A DNA stretch of 64,000 nt from Thermoanaerobaculia bacterium (GCA_035266085.1 DATFNZ010000183.1:68707-132706), one strand, 5' to 3'; shown: positions 41,857-52,096, numbered from the stretch's first letter. The notes: generated by a model from the letters alone, not told the origin. A program made the numbers and translations.

Positions 41857-43968
41857 TCACCAGCTCGCGCCAGCCTGGATCAACCCGGAGGCAGCCTTCC
41901 TCCCCAGGGGCCTGGAGAAGAAAAAGCCCTGTCCGAACTGGCAGGCGAGGGCGCGCAGGCGGGTGAACTGCTCGGCGGTCTCGATGCCTTCGGCGGCGAC
42001 GTCCATGCGCAGGGTGCGGGCGAGAGTGACGATGGTGCCCACGATCTCCGCGCGGTCGTCGCCGGTGCTCATCTCGCTGATGAACGAGCGGTCGATCTTC
42101 AGGGCGTCCACCGGCAGACGGTGGAGGTAGCTCAGGGAGGAGTAGCCCGTCCCGAAATCGTCGATGTAGAGCTTGACGCCGAGGCGGCGGAGGGCCAGGA
42201 GCTTCTCGACCGCGTCCTCGGCCTGCTCCATGATCGTGCTCTCGGTGATCTCCAGCCGCAGGCTGCCCGGCCGGATCCCCGTCTTGTACAGGATGTCCTC
42301 GGTCCGGCTGACCAGGTCCGCCTGCATGAACTGCTTGCACGAGAGGTTGACGGTAACGGCCAGGTGCTCGCCCCCCCAGGGCAGCATCTGCCAGTCCGCG
42401 AGCTGGCTGCAGGCCTCCTGCAGCACCCACCAGCCGATCGGGACGATGAGCCCGGTGTCCTCGGCCGTCGGCACGAAGTCGTCCGGGCAGAGAAGGCCGC
42501 GCCGGGGGTGCCGCCAGCGCAGCAGGGCCTCGAAGGCGTCGATCTTGCCCGTGGCGAGCGAGACGATCGGCTGATAGTAGATCTCGAACTCGGAACGGTC
42601 GATCGCCCGCCGCAGGTCGGTCTCGAGCTCCAGGAGGGCTACCGCCCGGTCGTGCATCTGGTGGTCGAAGACGGCGTCGCGCGACTTGCCGGAGGTCTTC
42701 GCGCCGTACATGGCCGTGTCGGCGTCGCGCAGGACCTCCTCGGGGCGGTCGTAGTCGCCGCCCGCGCCCACGGTGATGCCCAGGCTCAGGGTGACGAACA
42801 CCTCGTGGCCCTGCACCCGGAAGGGCCGCGCCATCTCCCGGTGCAGCCGCTGGGCGACCTGGACGGCATGATCGACATCGGCCACCTCGTCGAGCAGGAT
42901 GGTGAACTCGTCGCCGCCCAGGCGCGCCACGGTGTCGCCCGGGCGCAGGCAGGATTCGAGGCGCCGGGCGACCGCAATCAGCAACTGGTCGCCCGCCACG
43001 TGCCCCAGGCTGTCGTTGACGTTCTTGAAGCGGTCGAGGTCGATGAACAGGACGGCGTAGGTGTAGCTCAGCCGCCGCTTGGCATGGGCGATGGCCATCC
43101 CCAGGCGGTCCATGAACAGGGCGCGGTTCGGGAGCCCCGTCAGGGGATCGTGGAAGGCGTCGTGCAGCAGGCGCTCCTCGGCCAGCTTGCGGGCGGTGAT
43201 GTCCGACTGCGAGCCCGCCATCCGGTAGGCCTCGCCGCCGCCGTTCCACAGGGCCAGGCCGCGGGTGAGGACCCAGCGGTAGCAGCCGCCGCTGTGCAGC
43301 ATCCGGTGCTCGCTCTCGAAGTCGGGCGCCCGGCCGGCGAGGTGGGCCGAGAGCGCGAGCTGCACCGCCGGCAGATCCTCGGGGTGCACCCGGTCGAGCC
43401 ACTCCGACGGCAAGTCGCCGATCTCGCCGTCCTCGAAGCCGAGCATCGACTTCCACCGCGGCGAGAAGTAGATCCGCTGCCGCTTGAGGTCCCAGTCCCA
43501 AAGGCCGTCTTTGGCGCCGTTCACGGCCAGGGCATAGCTCTCCTGGCTGTCGCGCAGCGCCACCTCGGCCCGCTTGCGCTCGATCGCGTAGCGGATCGCC
43601 CGGCCCAGCAGACCGCTGTCGACCGCCTGCTTGACGAGGTAATCCTGGGCCCCCTCCCGCACGGCCCGCACCGCCAGCTCCTCGTCGTCGATCCCCGTCA
43701 GGAGGATGAGCGGCAGGTCCGGCGCCTCCTGCTGAATGCGCATCAGGGAGTCGAGCGTGCCTGCCCGGCTGTCGGGCAGCGACACGTCGAGCAGCACGAC
43801 GTCCACCTTGCCGTTATTGCGCAGAACTTCCACCGCGCGGGAGACGCGGTCGACGGCCGTGACGTGAAGGGGCTTGAGAGCGGTGCGGTCCAGCAGCGTG
43901 CGGATGAGACGAGCATCCCCCGGGTCGTCTTCGACCATCAAGACCGTGATCGTTTCACCGGGTGTCAT
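41857..43968 (-). CDS. Response-regulator receiver / PAS / GGDEF / EAL protein (c-di-GMP turnover)
   Basis: ORF 41857..43968. VLMVEDDPGD...LLDVSLPD, RLGGDEFTILL, FEALLRWRHP and DDFGTGYSSLSYL. Confidence 0.9.
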   Translation of the reverse strand: MTPGETITVLMVEDDPGDARLIRTLLDRTALKPLHVTAVDRVSRAVEVLRNNGKVDVVLLDVSLPDSRAGTLDSLMRIQQEAPDLPLILLTGIDDEELAVRAVREGAQDYLVKQAVDSGLLGRAIRYAIERKRAEVALRDSQESYALAVNGAKDGLWDWDLKRQRIYFSPRWKSMLGFEDGEIGDLPSEWLDRVHPEDLPAVQLALSAHLAGRAPDFESEHRMLHSGGCYRWVLTRGLALWNGGGEAYRMAGSQSDITARKLAEERLLHDAFHDPLTGLPNRALFMDRLGMAIAHAKRRLSYTYAVLFIDLDRFKNVNDSLGHVAGDQLLIAVARRLESCLRPGDTVARLGGDEFTILLDEVADVDHAVQVAQRLHREMARPFRVQGHEVFVTLSLGITVGAGGDYDRPEEVLRDADTAMYGAKTSGKSRDAVFDHQMHDRAVALLELETDLRRAIDRSEFEIYYQPIVSLATGKIDAFEALLRWRHPRRGLLCPDDFVPTAEDTGLIVPIGWWVLQEACSQLADWQMLPWGGEHLAVTVNLSCKQFMQADLVSRTEDILYKTGIRPGSLRLEITESTIMEQAEDAVEKLLALRRLGVKLYIDDFGTGYSSLSYLHRLPVDALKIDRSFISEMSTGDDRAEIVGTIVTLARTLRMDVAAEGIETAEQFTRLRALACQFGQGFFFSRPLGRKAASGLIQAGASW

Positions 43969-44124
43969 CGCTCGCGAACTCCGCGCTAAAACGCAGCCGG
44001 ATCAGGTCCGGCCGTGTACACAAGGGCCAACAACTCTGGTAGCTAAGCGACTACGAGGACGCGCGGATCATAACACACAACATTTTCTTGGAGCCGGGTT
44101 TTTCCTTTGTCTAAGATACTTTAG

Positions 44125-45615
44125 CTAACCCTGCGGCAGAGCGGGGAGGGTGAAGAGGAAGTTGGCGCCGCGGCCGGGCTCGGATTCCACCCAGATGCGC
44201 CCGCCGTGGCGCTCGACGATCTTGCGGCAGATGGCGAGGCCGATGCCGCTTCCCGGTACTTCGGGGTGCAGGCGCTTGAAGATGGCGAAGACCGACTCCG
44301 CCTCGGCGGCATCGATCCCCAGGCCGTTGTCGCGCACGGAGAAGATCCATTCGCGCGGACCCCTGCGGGAGGCGACGTGCACCCGGGGCGCCTCGGGGCC
44401 GTGGAACTTGATCGCGTTGCCGATGAGGTTCTGCAGGAGCTGGACGACCAGGGCGGGCTCGGCCTTGATCTCCGGCAGCGGGGAATGGCTGACCTCGGCG
44501 CCGCTCTCCTCGACGGCAGCCTCCAGGTTGTCGAGGGCCCGCTCCAGAAGCTCCTCGGCGCGGACCGTCTCCACCCGCCGCTCGCGGCCGTCGACCCGCG
44601 AGAGCGCCAGCAGATCCTCGATCAGCGAGCGCAGCCGGCGCGCGGCGCTGATGACGACGTCGGCCAACTCGTCGCCGCTGGGGCCGAGCTGCGCTCCGTA
44701 GTCCTCCTTGAGGAGCTGGGTGTACCGCTCCATCATGCGGACCGGCGCCTGCAGCTCGTGGGAGGCCATGGAGGCGAACTGCAGCAGCTCCTCGTTGGAG
44801 CGCCGGAGCTGCGCCGACCGCAGGGCCGTCTCGTCCTCCGCCTGCCGGCGGGCGGTGACGTCCTCGACCAGCCCGTCGATCCGGGTGCCCCCGGCGTCGC
44901 GGACGACGGCGCCGATCACTTCCACCCAGATCGGCCGCCCGTCCGCCCGCCGCAGCCTCACCTCCCGCGCGGCGCCCGGCACGCCCGGGGCGCCCGCGCC
45001 GTCTGCCATCGAGCCCTGCCCCGCCGCCGCCGAGAGGAGCGGCCGCAGGTCGAGGCGGCCGGCGCCCTCGAGGCCCGCGACGCCCAGGATCTGGAGGAAA
45101 CCCGGGCTGGCGTTGAGCAGGCGCCCCTCGGCCGAGGCGCTGAAGACGGCCACGTGGGCCCCTTCGAGCAGCGACTCGAGCGGCGCTCCTCCGGAAAAGG
45201 CGTCGGCGGAGGTGTCGGAGGACGCCGGGGACCGGCGCTTGTCCAGGGCCGAGCGCACGGCCAGGGGCAGCCGCAGGAAGCTGGCCGGCTTCTTGACCAG
45301 GTAGTCGTCGGCCCCCAGGCGCATCGCCCGGAGAGCCAGCTCTTCGTTGCCGCTGCCCGTGAACAGGATCACCGGCACCTCGGGCCAGTCCTCCCTGAGC
45401 ACCGCCAGGAGGGCCAGACCGTCCGCCCAGCGGAGCTCCCGTTCGAGGATCACGGCGTCGAAGCTCCTGCGGCCGCAGGCCTGCGCGAAGGCCGGCGCGT
45501 CGGCGATCTCCTCGACGGCGAGCTCCGGCAGCCCGTGCTCGAGCACGAGCCTGGCGAGGGCGCGGTCTTCCGCGTCGTCGTCGAGAAGCAGGATGCAGCG
45601 GCGGCCTGAGCGCAT
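44125..45615 (-). CDS. Hybrid sensor kinase (REC-PAS-HisKA-HATPase)
   Basis: ORF 44125..45615. ILLLDDDAEDR, H-box SHELQAPV, NAIKF, DNGLGI and GSGIGLAIC. Confidence 0.9.
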   Translation of the reverse strand: MRSGRRCILLLDDDAEDRALARLVLEHGLPELAVEEIADAPAFAQACGRRSFDAVILERELRWADGLALLAVLREDWPEVPVILFTGSGNEELALRAMRLGADDYLVKKPASFLRLPLAVRSALDKRRSPASSDTSADAFSGGAPLESLLEGAHVAVFSASAEGRLLNASPGFLQILGVAGLEGAGRLDLRPLLSAAAGQGSMADGAGAPGVPGAAREVRLRRADGRPIWVEVIGAVVRDAGGTRIDGLVEDVTARRQAEDETALRSAQLRRSNEELLQFASMASHELQAPVRMMERYTQLLKEDYGAQLGPSGDELADVVISAARRLRSLIEDLLALSRVDGRERRVETVRAEELLERALDNLEAAVEESGAEVSHSPLPEIKAEPALVVQLLQNLIGNAIKFHGPEAPRVHVASRRGPREWIFSVRDNGLGIDAAEAESVFAIFKRLHPEVPGSGIGLAICRKIVERHGGRIWVESEPGRGANFLFTLPALPQG

Positions 45616-45642
45616 GAAGGCCCAACGTATAGAAAGGCGCGA

Positions 45643-45670
45643 GTTAAATCCACTGATCCCCGGCTATAAT
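45643..45670 (+). promoter_or_regulatory. Candidate sigma70-type promoter (TTAAAT-16 nt-TATAAT) for the HisKA_3 kinase operon
   Basis: Perfect TATAAT at 45665-45670, 38 nt upstream of ATG 45708, in a 92-bp divergent intergenic region. The -35 is weak. Confidence 0.4.
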
Positions 45671-45707
45671 TTCTTCTATACCTCTCGATATAGAGCACGG
45701 GGGGAAC

Positions 45708-46910
45708 ATGGATTTCGAGGATTCCTCGCAAAGCCGTGGCGAACGCCTGAGCCGCGAGATGCTGAAGATCGCGGCCTGGCCCCGCAGCCCCGTCCAGGAC
45801 GCCGACGCCCTGCTCGCGCGCCTCCTCGCCCAGGTGGCGGGCCTGCTGGAGACGCCGCGCGTCCTGCTGGCCTGGGAGGAGACCGAGGAGCCGTGGTTCT
45901 ACCTGGCCCACCGGTCGGACGGCGGTGTCGAGCGGTCGCGCGAAGCGCCGCCGAGCGGTCTCCTGGTCGCCGCTCCCCTCGCCTCGGCGAGCTTCCTGAC
46001 GGACGGCGCGGGCGGCACCTGGCTGGCCACGGAGCATGGGATCGAGCCGTGGCCCGGCGAGCCGGTCGAAGAGGGCCTGCGCCGCCGCTTCGCCATGGAG
46101 CGGGTGGCCTCCTGGCCCGTGCGGGGCGAGATCGTCCAGGGCCGCCTGTTCGCCCTCGGCCGCGGGGACCTCGAACGGGACCACCTCGTCCTCGGCGAGA
46201 TCGCGGCCCAGCGGGTGGCCGCCGAGCTCGACCAGTTCTACCTGACGCGGCGCCTGCGGACGGCCGCCGTCACCGAGGAGCGGGTGCGGCTCGCCTGCGA
46301 CCTCCACGACGGCATGCTGCAGTCGCTCACCGGCACGGCGCTGCAGCTCCAGGCTCTGGCCCGGCTGCTCGACGACGACCTGCCGGCCGCCCGCGACCAG
46401 CTCCGTGAGGTCCAGCGGCTGATCGCCGCCGACCAGCGCGACCTGCGCTTCTTCATCGAGGAGCTGAAGCCGGCGCCCCGCGCCCTCGGCGGCCCCGCCG
46501 ACTTGCCGCACCGGCTGGCGGAGCTGGCCGACCGGCTGAAGCGCCTCTGGGACCTGAACGTCGATTTTCAACTCGAGGGCCTGGGCGGCCAGCTCTCCGA
46601 GGCCGTCGCCCGCCAGCTCTACCGGCTGCTGCGCGAGTCGCTGTTCAACGTCGCCCGCCACGCCGGCGCCTCGAGCGCCCGGGTCGAGGTCGCGCGGCGC
46701 GACCAGGCGCTCGACATCACGGTGACCGACGACGGCCGCGGCTTTCCATTCACCGGCCGCTACGATCACGAGGAGCTCACCCGGCGCAAGCTCGGGCCGG
46801 TGAGCCTCAAGGAGCGCATCTCCGCCCTCGGCGGCTCGCTCGCCATCGATTCCAATCCCGGCCTGACGCGGCTGGAAATGCACCTGCCGACCTGGGGAGG
46901 AGCGAGATGA
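45708..46910 (+). CDS. Sensor histidine kinase, NarL-partner type (GAF-like N-terminus, HisKA_3, HATPase)
   Basis: H-box ACDLHDGMLQSL, NVARHAGAS and DDGRGF. ATGA overlap with the downstream RR. Confidence 0.85.
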   Translation: MDFEDSSQSRGERLSREMLKIAAWPRSPVQDADALLARLLAQVAGLLETPRVLLAWEETEEPWFYLAHRSDGGVERSREAPPSGLLVAAPLASASFLTDGAGGTWLATEHGIEPWPGEPVEEGLRRRFAMERVASWPVRGEIVQGRLFALGRGDLERDHLVLGEIAAQRVAAELDQFYLTRRLRTAAVTEERVRLACDLHDGMLQSLTGTALQLQALARLLDDDLPAARDQLREVQRLIAADQRDLRFFIEELKPAPRALGGPADLPHRLAELADRLKRLWDLNVDFQLEGLGGQLSEAVARQLYRLLRESLFNVARHAGASSARVEVARRDQALDITVTDDGRGFPFTGRYDHEELTRRKLGPVSLKERISALGGSLAIDSNPGLTRLEMHLPTWGGAR

Positions 46911-47569
46911 TGCCCGAAACGAAACGCCTGGAACCGATCCGCCTGGTCGTGGTGGACGATCACCCGATCGTCCTCGAGGGACTCGAGCGTCTCTTCCGGC
47001 TGGAAGGGGACCTCGAGATCGTGGCCCGCTGCGTCAACGCCCGGGAGGCCCTGGAAGCCGTGCGCCTCCACCAGCCGGACATCCTCCTCCTCGACGTCCG
47101 CCTGTCCGGCGGCAGCGGCATCGACGTGCTGGAGCAGATCCGGCGGGAGGGGCTGACTACGCGGGCCGTGCTGCTGGCCGGCTCAGTCAACCAGGACGAG
47201 CTGATGGAGGCCCTGCGGCTGGGGGCGCGCGGCATCGTGCTCAAGGAGATGGCCCCCGAGCTGCTGATCCGCTGCATCCGCACGGTCCACGGGGGCGGCC
47301 GCTGGCTGGAGGACGACTTCCTCAGCCGCGCCATCGAGGGCATCCTCGACCGCGACGGGATCGCCAGGCCGGGGCGGCTGGCGCTCTCCGCGCGGGAGAT
47401 GGAGGTCGTCCGCCTGGTCGCCACCGGCCATCACAACCGGGACATCGCCGAGGCCCTGCACATCGCCGAGGGGACCGTGAAGGTCCACATGCACAACGTC
47501 TACGAGAAGCTGGGCGTCGAGGGACGGGTGGAGCTGACGATCTACGCCCGGGATCATGGATGGGTCTGA
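46907..47569 (+). CDS. NarL/LuxR-family response regulator
   Basis: VVVDDHPIVLEG...ILLLDVRL, and the LuxR HTH LSAREMEVVRLVATGHHNRDIAEALHIAEGTVKVHMHNVYEKLGV. Confidence 0.9.
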   Translation: MMPETKRLEPIRLVVVDDHPIVLEGLERLFRLEGDLEIVARCVNAREALEAVRLHQPDILLLDVRLSGGSGIDVLEQIRREGLTTRAVLLAGSVNQDELMEALRLGARGIVLKEMAPELLIRCIRTVHGGGRWLEDDFLSRAIEGILDRDGIARPGRLALSAREMEVVRLVATGHHNRDIAEALHIAEGTVKVHMHNVYEKLGVEGRVELTIYARDHGWV

Positions 47570-47585
47570 GAAGCCCCTTCGGGGC

Positions 47586-47746
47586 CGGCCCTCATAACCC
47601 CCTACCCCCTTCTCTCCCAGCCTCCCTCCCCGGCCGCCGGAAGAGAAGGGGAATGAAGAAGCAGACAAACTCAGACAAACTTCTCCCTCTTCGCCCGGCG
47701 GATGGGGGGGAGGCCGGGAGAAGAGGGCCGGGGTGATGAGGGCGCC
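47586..47746. repeat. ~160-nt GC-rich long hairpin element (family A, copy 2)
   Basis: The right arm ...GGGAGGCCGGGAGAAGAGGGCCGGGGTGATGAGGGCG is the reverse complement of the left-arm motif of 28894-29044. A/T-richer loop ATGAAGAAGCAGACAAACTCAGACAAAC. Preceded by the small hairpin GCCCC-TTC-GGGGC just after the RR stop. Confidence 0.8.
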
Positions 47747-47787
47747 CACGGGACGAACGCCTCTATCTGACAAAGTGGAGCTAAGCG

Positions 47788-48270
47788 ATGGGTCCAAGCG
47801 GGATGGGTTTGAGCAAAGCGAGAAAGCTTCGTGCCGTTCTGTGCGCTGCCGCTTTGGCGGCGTTCCTCGCCACGGCCCTGCCCGTCACCCTGAAGAATTC
47901 CGCGCAGCACTTCGCCTGGGCCCGGCGGAACATCCGGCTCAGCCCCGCCGAGGCGCGCCGCGACCTGCTCGGAGCCGCCTACATGCAGCGCATCGAGGAG
48001 ATCCGCCGCCTGATCCCGGAGCATGAGGCCTATTTCCTGGTCGACGGCGGCGTGCGGGGAGACGGCTCGGCACTCTGGGCCCGCTATGAGCTCGCACCAC
48101 GCCCGGCCCTGCTCCTGGGCGATCTGAGGGGAAAGCGGCTCAGGCACCTGAGGTGGGCCCGCCGCCATCCCCTGCCCTGGGTCGTCATCGCCTATCCACC
48201 GCCGACGCCCGTGCGGGTGCTGCCCCGCCAGCGGTTCCTCGCGGAGATGGTGGGCCAGCGGACGCGATGA
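47788..48270 (+). CDS. Hypothetical membrane-anchored protein (160 aa)
   Basis: ATG with GGAG upstream. N-terminal TM/signal LRAVLCAAALAAFLATALPV. ATGA overlap with the next gene. Confidence 0.55.
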   Translation: MGPSGMGLSKARKLRAVLCAAALAAFLATALPVTLKNSAQHFAWARRNIRLSPAEARRDLLGAAYMQRIEEIRRLIPEHEAYFLVDGGVRGDGSALWARYELAPRPALLLGDLRGKRLRHLRWARRHPLPWVVIAYPPPTPVRVLPRQRFLAEMVGQRTR

Positions 48271-49718
48271 GCCACGTTCTCGCCAGCTTCCTCGCCCTGG
48301 CCCTCTTCTCGGGGACCGGCTGGGCGCTGACGAGCCTCGTGCCCACGCTGCGCGGGCTGCCGGGAGCTCCGCGCTGGGGCTACGGCTACCTCCTGGGACT
48401 CGCCTGGACCTGCATCGCCCTCTACGCGCTGTCTCACGGCCTCGGGGTCCCTCTGCGGCTGCCGGCGATCCTGGCCGTGGCGACGGTCCCAATCGTCATC
48501 GCGTTACTTGTCCGTACCCGGTCTCCGGCACGGCAACGGCCCCGCGAACGTTCGCCGTGGACGCGCTTCCTCTTCGTGCTCGCCGTGTCTTTCGCGGCGC
48601 TGGTATCCGCCGCCCTGCTGGCCGATGCCGTCGCTTCGCCCGAGTCCGACTGGGACGGCCGCATGACCTGGACGATGCAGGCGCGCTGGATCCGGGAGGC
48701 CGGAACGGTCGATCCGCCCGTCCTGCGCGAGAAGAGATGGTTCGTCAGCCATCCCCAGTACCCCGTCCTGATGCCCCTGGCGCAGGTGGTGGCCCTGGAG
48801 ATCCAGGGCCAGGCCGACGACGACCGCGCGGCGCGCCCCCTCTATGCCGCCTTCTTTCCCGCCCTGCTGTCGATCCTCTACGCCGCCTGCCGGCGCTGGC
48901 TCGGGCGGCGAACCGCCTGCTGGGTCCTGCTCGTCGCCGCCAACCTGCCCCTCCTATCGTTCGAGGGCGAGGGCGGCGCGAGGAGCAGCTACGGCGACCT
49001 GCCTCTCGCCTGCTTCTACGGCGCCGGGCTGCTCCTGCTGCTGTTCCGCCCCCGTCTGCCGGAAGGCCTGGCGGCAGGCCTCCTGCTGGCGGCGGCCGTG
49101 CTCACGAAGAACGAGGGGCTGCCGCTGTGCCTGGCGGCGCTCGGCGTAGGCGCGTGGTCGGCTTTTCTCAGGGTACGGCGCCAGCCCTGGATGCGGGCGG
49201 CGGCGCCGGTCGTTCTGGCGGCCCTCGCGGCGGCCGCCGCCATCGGCCTCCTGCATTCCTGGCGGTCGCACATCCCCAACCGGGAGGATGAGATGTACCT
49301 CGCGCGGTTCAGCCTCCGGCGCCTCGCCGCCACTTTCCTGCCGCAGGCGCGGATCGCCATTCCCCTGGCGGTCGACCGAATGCTGGCGCGCGAGCAATGG
49401 GGGCTGTTCTGGCCTCTGGCACTGATCCTGGCAGTCCTGGGAGGACGGGGCCTGCGCCGGCCGCCGGCGCTACGCCTGGCGATCGCCGCCGCGGCTCCCC
49501 TCGCCGTGGGCCTGCTCGCCTACACGTTCCATCCGGATCCCGCCTACATGGTCCAGGTGACCTGGAACCGGATGCTCCTGCACGCCGCCCTCCCCCTCCT
49601 TCTGCTCCTGGGGGCCTGCCTGCGGCGGGCTCGACACCCGAAGGGGGCGCCGGCCGGACCCCCCTCCTCCGGCCGGCGCCCCCTGGGGGTTCAAATCAGT
49701 GGCGGAGCGCCACCGTAG
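48267..49718 (+). CDS. Polytopic membrane protein, GT-C (ArnT/PMT, GT39/GT83-like) glycosyltransferase candidate
   Basis: Internal ATG 48267 of ORF 48153..49718. At least 9 predicted TM helices with one large loop (ESDWDGRMTWTMQARW...). The family call is tentative. Confidence 0.6.
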   Translation: MSHVLASFLALALFSGTGWALTSLVPTLRGLPGAPRWGYGYLLGLAWTCIALYALSHGLGVPLRLPAILAVATVPIVIALLVRTRSPARQRPRERSPWTRFLFVLAVSFAALVSAALLADAVASPESDWDGRMTWTMQARWIREAGTVDPPVLREKRWFVSHPQYPVLMPLAQVVALEIQGQADDDRAARPLYAAFFPALLSILYAACRRWLGRRTACWVLLVAANLPLLSFEGEGGARSSYGDLPLACFYGAGLLLLLFRPRLPEGLAAGLLLAAAVLTKNEGLPLCLAALGVGAWSAFLRVRRQPWMRAAAPVVLAALAAAAAIGLLHSWRSHIPNREDEMYLARFSLRRLAATFLPQARIAIPLAVDRMLAREQWGLFWPLALILAVLGGRGLRRPPALRLAIAAAAPLAVGLLAYTFHPDPAYMVQVTWNRMLLHAALPLLLLLGACLRRARHPKGAPAGPPSSGRRPLGVQISGGAPP

Positions 49719-51168
49719 ACGTGGTGGCCGAGCGCCGGCGGCTGCGGGCTGGCTGCGGAACGGCCCGCGGGTGCCCACGGTGTCCAGCGAAGGCCTGCCG
49801 CAGCACCGGCCCCAGGACCGCGGGATGGAACAGCGCGGCCGGCCCCTTCAGCATGTGGTTGACCTCCTGGAAGCGCCGGAAGACGTCCTCGCTCTTCGGC
49901 AGGAGCTCCATCACCTGTCCGAAGTACCACTGCATGAGCTTCACCTTGGGAGTGATCTTGCCCCCCTGGGTGGCGGGCCAGCGCAGATCCTCGCCCGTCG
50001 TCAGGGCCCAGGAGCCGGCCACCAGCTTGGCCAGCCGCTTCTGGAAGCGCCGGCTCTCGAGCTCGCCGTTGCCCTCGCGCAGGCTGGCCCGCAGCTCCAG
50101 CGCCGCCAGGCAGGTCAGCGTCATCCCCAGAGCGTAGACGGGGTTGAACGAGCAGACCGCGTCGCCCATCGTCACGAAGCCCTGCGGCATCCGCGACAGC
50201 TTCTCGTAGTGGCGCAGCCGGTTCGCCGTCTGGCGGTAGCCCCAGATCTTCGACAGCGGCTCGGCGCGCTCGATGGCCCGGTACAGCTCCGGCGACGAGA
50301 GACTGCGGGCGAACTGCAGGAATCCCTCCTCGTCCGTCGGCGGATAGTCGTGGCCCACCCCGGCGAGGGTCACGATCCAGCGGTTGCCCTCCACCGGCTG
50401 GATGATGCCGGCCCGCGGCTGATAGGGAGGACGGTTGAGCAGGAAGAGGCTCTTCCATTCGGCCGAGAACCCCTCGACGGGCTCGTAGAGCCGCGTGGCG
50501 TAGCCCCAGAAGGCGTCGACCACGGTCTCCTCGGGAGCGGGATAGCCCAGCTCCTCGAGCCATTCCGGAGCCTTCGAGCCGCGGCCGCTGACGTCCACGA
50601 CGAGGTCGGCGTGGAGCGTCGTCTCCTCCTGGGCGCCGGCGCCCTCGCCGCGCTGGCGAAGGCGCACGCCCTCGACCCTCTGCCCGCCCTCGTCCATCAC
50701 CAGGCCCTTCACCTCGAATCCCTCCGCGATGCTGACTTGTGGGTGATCCCGGAGGAGATGCTGACGGATCGTCGATTCGAGCAGGGGCCGGGTGAACGCG
50801 CAGATCTCGAGACCGCAGGCCGCCTTGGGCGACCAGCCCGTGCGATAGAGGATCCGGAAGTCCTTCCCCTGGTCCAGCATGTGGCTGCCGGCCTCCAGGA
50901 GGTCCGGCGTGACGCCGGGGAAGAGCTCCTCCACCGCCATCAACCCCCTCTTGAGGAAGAAGTGGAGATGGCGGGCCTGCGGAACTCCGGGACGGTTGGC
51001 CGCCCCTTCCGGCAGGTGGTCGCGCTCGATGAGGGTGATCCGGTCGAAGTGATCCGCGAGCACGCGCGCCGCAAGCATGCCCCCGATGCTCCCCCCGACC
51101 ACGACCGCGTGGCGGCCGGAGTCTGCACTGCCTTCGTTCCGATGCTGCGATGAGCTTCGGGCCTTCAT
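49696..51168 (-). CDS. FAD-dependent monooxygenase/oxidoreductase
   Basis: GGGAGGG RBS. Dinucleotide-binding AVVVGGSIGGMLAARVLA...ITLIERD. DLVVDVSGRGS. The 3' end overlaps the convergent gene by 23 nt. Confidence 0.8.
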   Translation of the reverse strand: MKARSSSQHRNEGSADSGRHAVVVGGSIGGMLAARVLADHFDRITLIERDHLPEGAANRPGVPQARHLHFFLKRGLMAVEELFPGVTPDLLEAGSHMLDQGKDFRILYRTGWSPKAACGLEICAFTRPLLESTIRQHLLRDHPQVSIAEGFEVKGLVMDEGGQRVEGVRLRQRGEGAGAQEETTLHADLVVDVSGRGSKAPEWLEELGYPAPEETVVDAFWGYATRLYEPVEGFSAEWKSLFLLNRPPYQPRAGIIQPVEGNRWIVTLAGVGHDYPPTDEEGFLQFARSLSSPELYRAIERAEPLSKIWGYRQTANRLRHYEKLSRMPQGFVTMGDAVCSFNPVYALGMTLTCLAALELRASLREGNGELESRRFQKRLAKLVAGSWALTTGEDLRWPATQGGKITPKVKLMQWYFGQVMELLPKSEDVFRRFQEVNHMLKGPAALFHPAVLGPVLRQAFAGHRGHPRAVPQPARSRRRSATTSTVALRH

Positions 51169-51331
51169 GGCGTCCCTCCCTTTCGGGTATGCCGACTATC
51201 TGACCAAGGATTTGTGCATAGAGAGTGCCAGATAAGTTGGGTTGGTTCTGCCGGTAAGTGAGGATTGCAACAATTTCATTTCGCCCCCTCGCGATTACCG
51301 CTGCGCTATCCTCTCTTCCGGGAGGTGCGCC

Positions 51332-52096
51332 ATGCGTCTACGAGTCCTCGGCAGCTCCGGCGGCTATCCGGCCCCCGGCAATCCCAGCAGCGGTTTTCTC
51401 CTCGAGCACGGCACGGCGAAGCTCTGGATCGACGCCGGCAGCGGCACGTTCGCCGAGCTTCAGAAGGCGGCCGACTTCACCACCCTCGACGCCCTCGTGC
51501 TCAGCCATGTCCACGCCGACCACTGCGTCGACGTCTACCCTCTCCACGTGGCTCTCCGCTACGGCCCGGGAGGGGCTACGGGCGTCCGGATTCCCCTCTA
51601 CTGCCCGCCGGGCGCCCGCGAGACGCTGGCGTGCCTGCTGGGGGCAGGCGGCGGGGAGGAGCTCGGCACGGTGTTCGATTTCCACACCGTGGACGCGGGA
51701 CAGGCGGTCGAGATCGCCGGCGTGCGCCTGAGCTTCCTGCGGACCGACCATCCCATCCACTGTCTGGCGATCCGCGCCGAAACGGACGCGGGGACCCTCA
51801 CCTATTCAGCGGACACCGGCCCCGGAGCGGACCTCGCCGGCTTCGCCAAGGGCAGCGATCTGCTGGTCTGCGAGGCCTGCTACCAGGAGGAGGCGAAAGG
51901 GGCGCCCGTGCATCTCACCGCCCGGCAGGCCGGCGAGACCGCTCGCCGCGCAGGCGTCCGGGAGCTGGCGCTCACCCACGTCTGGCCCACTCTCGACCCG
52001 CGGACTTCCGTCGAGGAAGCGCGCGCCGCGGCGGGCGGCCTGCCGGTCCGCTGGGCCCATTGCGGGGAGGTGTTCGAGGTGGGAAGCAACTCTTGA
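51332..52096 (+). CDS. MBL-fold metallo-hydrolase
   Basis: Internal ATG 51332 with GGAGG upstream. LSHVHADHCVD (HxHxDH). Confidence 0.85.
   Translation: MRLRVLGSSGGYPAPGNPSSGFLLEHGTAKLWIDAGSGTFAELQKAADFTTLDALVLSHVHADHCVDVYPLHVALRYGPGGATGVRIPLYCPPGARETLACLLGAGGGEELGTVFDFHTVDAGQAVEIAGVRLSFLRTDHPIHCLAIRAETDAGTLTYSADTGPGADLAGFAKGSDLLVCEACYQEEAKGAPVHLTARQAGETARRAGVRELALTHVWPTLDPRTSVEEARAAAGGLPVRWAHCGEVFEVGSNS

Noticed and set aside
49696-49718. 23-nt convergent overlap of the GT-C-like membrane protein and FAD monooxygenase genes, as a regulatory antisense arrangement
   Set aside because: Short 3'-end overlaps are common in compact GC-rich genomes. The C-terminal residues of both proteins are low-complexity, so one true stop or functional end may lie earlier.
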